This document shows, in pieces, positions 59,215 to 64,000 of a stretch of DNA of 64,000 bases. Within the stretch, counting starts at the first letter, position 1. Each line of letters opens with the position of its first letter. The notes under the pieces are model-generated. The model had not been told where the DNA came from and searched no databases. It worked only from the letters and a program-made list of their open reading frames with translations. The stretch is taken from contig CP120461.1 in assembly GCA_034226945.1 (NCBI GenBank), positions 806,001 through 870,000 of the forward strand, read 5' to 3'. The DNA comes from Picochlorum sp. SENEW3. Lineage: Eukaryota. The position numbers and the translations under genes are program-made.

Positions 59215-62200
59215 TTATCCAGTATTTTGCATTCCAGCTGCAATTCCCTTCATTGTGATGATCATGGTGTCTTCAACTGCCGCGACTAGAGGATCATTTT
59301 GACCTCTGGACATGAGAGCAAGGGCCTTGTCGGTAAGTTCATAATCTGGTATGACTTCTTGAATTGGAGTTCCATTTTCGACGCTTCGGAGAATTTTCAA
59401 ACAGTATACCTGGAGAATATTCAAGGGAGCGACATATGGAGCCCTAAGCTGAAGCTTTTGTTGCAGAAATGCTGTAGACTGTGAGCTCAAGAGGCCGGGG
59501 TGTTTCATCACCTGCAGCATGGCGCTCTCCGTTTGATAGAATCTATCCAAAAGATCGTCTGCCAGATTTCTTAAATCCTTGTTCACAAGATGACGCTCGT
59601 ACACCTTGACAATTCTCGGGTCTGCTTTGGCAAAAACCATCTCTAGCATATCCAATGTGACCCTAAAGAATGTCCATTTTTGGTACATTTCGGAGAGTAT
59701 CTTCTCACCACCATCGTCTACAATCTTTTTCAGCGCTTCTCCAAGACCAAGCCAAACAGGAAGATGGAATCGAATCTGTGTCCATGCAAAGATCCAAGGA
59801 ATAGCCCTCAATGTGTCAATTGACCCAGCAGCACGTCTTTTTGCTGGTCTGGACCCAATATTCATTTTTCCGAGTTCAGAAACAGGTGTCAGAGATTGGA
59901 AGAAATCGATAAACTTTTCATTGCCACGAACTACTGAGCGATAGGCCTCACACGAGACCTCTGACATCTTCTTCATTGTTTCTCTCCATTCTGGCTTGGG
60001 TTCTGATATTGGGGCAAGCGTTGCCTCCAACACAGCACCAGTGTACAAATCCATTGTGCGGAATGCAATTTCTTTCTCTCCGAATTGCTGCTCCATCACT
60101 TCTCCCTGCACAGTCACTCTCAATGTACCCTTGATGGTTTTTGGAGGCTGTGACAGGACGGCCAAATGTGCAGGTGCTCCACCTCGTCCAACAGTTCCTC
60201 CTCTGCCATGGAAAAGAGTCATGTGTACCCCAAATTCATCAGCGGCCTTGACAAGCTTCTCCTGTACCTCGTACAATCCCCATGCAGCAGCCATGCGACC
60301 GGCATCTTTACCACTGTCAGAGTATCCAATCATGCACTCCTGTTTGCCCCCAATATGATTCAAATACCAAGAACTGGAGAACAATTGTCGCATCGCCGTC
60401 TCTGCGTACTCAAGATCATCCAATGTCTCGAACAATGGTGCAACTCTCAGGTAGGCTGTAACACCACACTCCTTCTGGAGCAAGACCACCACCAACACAT
60501 CAGATGCTGTGTGAGCCATCGAAATAATGTATGCACCAAGAGAATCTGAAGGTAATTGTGCGAGCATTTTGAATGTATTGATCACATCCGCAACTTCCTC
60601 GCTCATAGGCAGGTCATGAGGAAGCAAGGGCCTCTTGTTGTCAAGTTCTCTTAGCAAGAACTCCATTCTTTTCTCCTCGTCCCATTCTTTGAACGATCCC
60701 AGCCCAAGATGTTTTGTGATAGCATCCATGGCTTCTTCGTGCTTGGTACTCTCTTGCCTAATATCCAACTTACACAAGTGAAGCCCAAACGTCCTGGCTT
60801 GGCGAATCACATCCAACAGCTTGGAGTTCGCCATGGACTCATCATTTGTATCATGAAGAGACTGATAGCACAACTTCAGCAGATCCAACAACTCCTCGGG
60901 GTCAGAGTACGCCAATGGCTCTTCCCTCAACGCTTCAGTCAGACTGATTGTGGGGTGATTTGTGGCAAAATGAAGGACATCCCGTGTCACACGAAGTCTG
61001 TCTCTGATTTCACTCAAAACCACTCTGAATGGCTCAGAAGAACATGAAAATTTGATCTCATGCACGGCCTTCTTCTGCCCCTCAATAAAGGAGGATGTGT
61101 CAACCAGGTTCGCCCTCTCTTGTTTGGCAGAAATCTCTGCAGCCTTTGCTTTAAGCTCTGGCGACGCTCTCCAAACAGAGAGCTCAAACATCAATGTCTC
61201 AATCTGCTGCATCAAAAGATCCGTTGCAGAGATTCTCGCACCGATGACCACATCACGTGTTGTCTGTGGTGTCACAAATGGATTCCCATCTCTATCTCCT
61301 CCCATCCACGACCCAAACGTGAAAGGCGTTGCATCCAGTGGAAGCCTTGGCTGACCAATATTCGACAAGGCTGTATCAATACGCCTCAGGAACTTGGGAA
61401 GACCATTATAAATGGTCTCATGGAAATATGTCAACCCCTGCCGAGACTCATCCTGTGGCGTAGGCTTTTTACGACGAATCTCGTCCGTCCTCCACGCAGC
61501 TTCAATTTGACTCCTGATTTCCTCCAAACACTCGAAACGCTCATACGGAGACATCCTCGTGTTGTGCAACCTGCCCATCTCAGACCTGATCTTGCTGTAC
61601 TTTTTCAACAAACTCTGCCTCGTTGCCTGCGTGGGATGCGCCGTGAAGACCAACTCCACATTTTGATTGCACAGGGCCTTGTGAACCTCTTCAGGCGACA
61701 CATCATTCACATTCACCAACCGCTGCAAGGACTTGTTCGTCGAACGAGTAGACTGTTCCACCTCCCCCAAACGCTGGGCCTTTTCCAACCTCGCTGTAAC
61801 GATTTCTTCCGTAAGATTATGCAAATTCAAAAGCTGAGAAAACGCAGAGGCCACCAAAATCCGCTCGTCAGGCTTCAAAGCCTCCAACCTCTTCTCCAAC
61901 ATTTCAAAGTCTCCATCAGATTCGCTCAAAGACCAAGCCTGCGATCAAAATCACTCATAACAACCATTAAATCTTATCATAATCATGCAAGTATCTAGTA
62001 TTTCTAGTGAAAAGGTGAAAACCCATGCCAAATCCCTCACAAAGACCCACACGCCCCTTGCCCTAGGAACAAGGCACCCACGATTGCAACAAGACCGCAC
62101 CTGTGCCAGACTGAAAATCACATCCACCTTGTTGGCAACATCAGGGTGATGGTGTCTGAAAACCTGAGAGAAAATTTGTCTGAGTAAATCATCGTCCTCT

Positions 62201-62280
62201 TTCAGGAGGGCCTGATTCACCTCCATGGAGAACTGAGGCATGTCGCCCATTGATATGCCCTTATCTGCAGAGATATCCAT
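59215..62280 (-). CDS. PPC: Phosphoenolpyruvate carboxylase, plant type; exons 62280-62101, 61938-59215
   Basis: VFTAHPTQ, GSWMGGDRDGNP, APLFETL, MIGYSDSGKDAG, FHGRGGTVGRGG, LRAIPWIFAWTQ; C-terminal QNTG marks the plant type. Confidence 0.97.
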
Positions 62281-62575
62281 GCTCTCTTCCGTAGAACTGT
62301 AAATCTAAATGATATGAATCAATTGGTGCATGAGGCGATGCTTTGTATGGCTCATGCCATGAGATCGAGTTTGACACGATCATGGATGGACATAGTAATT
62401 CGGAAGGCCTGTGTTCCGTAAATAGGAATAAACCATACCTCTCGATGCAAAGCCCTTTTGGCACACAATAATAGAGAATAATAATACTCGCATGTTATTT
62501 CATCCATTATAAGTACTCGTGGGGAATAGATGGTGGCTGGTTGAGTGGAATTTGAATTGCTGAGGGTGCAGAGCC

Positions 62576-63604
62576 ATGTCTTCAGTGGTGACGAGTTCGA
62601 TAGATGCGCCGATTCTAGGATCTGTAGTAGCATATAATGATAATAGTACGAAAGTGGCTGTATCAGATGGTGTACGGGTCGTTGTGAGGGGGTGCCGACC
62701 GGAGGATGCTGCTACTCAGGGACATAAAGAGGAGGGTGATGTGTCGAGTATTGTTGTGGAGCCGAATGTGGGGGTGGTGACGGCAATGTGTTGGATGGGG
62801 GGTATGTTTGGGAATGTTCTATGCTGTGGGACGGATGGAGGAGTGGTGATGGTCTACGCAGAGCCTCCTGGAGCTCCAGGAGGATGTGCTGCGAGGGAGT
62901 ATGTCCTGCGGTGTATGCTTCGGTATTCAACATCGACGGTGACGTGTGTTCGGCGAGCTCCTCAAAGTATAAGTAATAATGGAGGTCCCATGGTGACTGT
63001 GTCGTATGGAGATGGGAGTATTAGAATATTTGAAGGGCTTGTTGGGAAGATGCACTCTCGGGGAGGAGCTCAGACTGGTATCGAGTTCTTAGATTCTGTT
63101 GATGGCGTGTGGGAAGTTCATAGTGTTGTATCTCCGATTGAGAAACCGGATATGGGGGGATGCATCTGTTTTGATTGGAAAGCATGTGAGGGTGAGACTG
63201 CAGTTTTAGTGGCAGGATATGAAGGATGCTGTCCTCAGATCTACTCGTACGATGTGAAACATTTCACATGGACACATAGGGATGAGCTCACTCCCTCGGA
63301 CGGTGCCATGTCGACTGTCTCGGATATTGCATGGGCACCACAGTTGGGTCGGCCGTACGATATTGTAGCGGTGGCTTGTGGGACCTGTGTAAACCTATGG
63401 AGCATATCTGGGCCTGTGGATGAACTAGATATGCATGTTATAGCAACACTTGAACACGATGCGCATGTGTGGCAGGTGGGGTGGAATATGACGGGCAACT
63501 GGCTGGCTGCATCCACAGATGACAATAGAGTGTGTTTATGGAGACCTGATCTGGCAGGAGAGTGGCTCTTATTGAACGTTATCCAGGGATTAAATAAATT
63601 ATGA
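62576..63604 (+). CDS. SEH1: Nucleoporin SEH1-like WD40 protein
   Basis: VSDIAWAPQLGRPYDIVAVAC, HDAHVWQVGWNMTGNWLAASTDDNRVCLWRPDLAGEW. Confidence 0.8.
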   Translation: MSSVVTSSIDAPILGSVVAYNDNSTKVAVSDGVRVVVRGCRPEDAATQGHKEEGDVSSIVVEPNVGVVTAMCWMGGMFGNVLCCGTDGGVVMVYAEPPGAPGGCAAREYVLRCMLRYSTSTVTCVRRAPQSISNNGGPMVTVSYGDGSIRIFEGLVGKMHSRGGAQTGIEFLDSVDGVWEVHSVVSPIEKPDMGGCICFDWKACEGETAVLVAGYEGCCPQIYSYDVKHFTWTHRDELTPSDGAMSTVSDIAWAPQLGRPYDIVAVACGTCVNLWSISGPVDELDMHVIATLEHDAHVWQVGWNMTGNWLAASTDDNRVCLWRPDLAGEWLLLNVIQGLNKL

Positions 63605-63964
63605 TGACTTTGTATTCTTCTTAGGCTCGATGTAATACGACGGGAATGCAAGCCCAGTAAAGGTCTTTTTCCTTGTATACAGACGCCCAACATGAGGCAT
63701 CACATTCCATGCCACGGTGACGTTGAACTCAGTGTCACGAAGGCCCTTTCCTTGGTCAGACAGAACGAATGGGTACATCTTCTGAAGCTTTCTAATATCG
63801 AGTTTCGCATTTGCTTTGCTCTGAATAATCCTGTTCCAGATGACCATTTCATTGTATGGAGACTCTTCTGTTTCAAACTCTGCCAGAACATAGACATATA
63901 ACTGCTTTGTGTTCCAAGAAAACTCAGATCTGAGATCAGCATGCATCTCAATATTCAACAGCGC
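63599..63964 (-). CDS. SPCS3: Signal peptidase complex subunit 3 (SPC22/23), last exon; 5' part outside the window
   Basis: ADLRSEFSWNTKQLYVYVLAEF...NEMVIWNRII...DQGKGLR...WNVMPHVG; acceptor ATGCAG just above 63964. Confidence 0.9.
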   Translation of the reverse strand, partial: ALLNIEMHADLRSEFSWNTKQLYVYVLAEFETEESPYNEMVIWNRIIQSKANAKLDIRKLQKMYPFVLSDQGKGLRDTEFNVTVAWNVMPHVGRLYTRKKTFTGLAFPSYYIEPKKNTKSS

Positions 63965-64000
63965 CTGCATCAATCAATTGGTATGGGAATTGCAATTCGC

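Overview
Gene-dense eukaryotic DNA with short GT-AG introns and green-lineage genes (plastid PRPS10, LPA3, THIC, plant-type PEPC). This fits a compact chlorophyte genome; a Picochlorum-like trebouxiophyte is my inference only. About 28 host protein genes are recognisable, mostly housekeeping: beta-COP, NOG2, TSR1, RPB2, ALG9, WDR48, ASPM-like, GCP3, SEH1 and others. The standout is a 6,039-bp DNA transposon (36492-42530) with perfect 43-bp TIRs, a 3-bp ATA target-site duplication and subterminal GGACG repeats. It carries an intron-containing Plavaka-like DDE transposase and a divergently transcribed AT-hook gene. It sits inside the last codons of THIC: it displaces the native ...GGEI|YVPLS* end and 3' UTR and adds a 60-aa transposon-derived tail. 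Two intronic box C/D snoRNAs lie in ribosome-biogenesis genes: a double-guide RNA in NOG2 intron 2 and a U51/snR39-like RNA in TSR1 intron 2. Other points of note are a probable RNase T2 pseudo-enzyme, a spliced chromodomain-like orphan missed by the ORF track, and three convergent gene pairs with overlapping stop regions. All family assignments are from motif recognition by eye; no searches were run.
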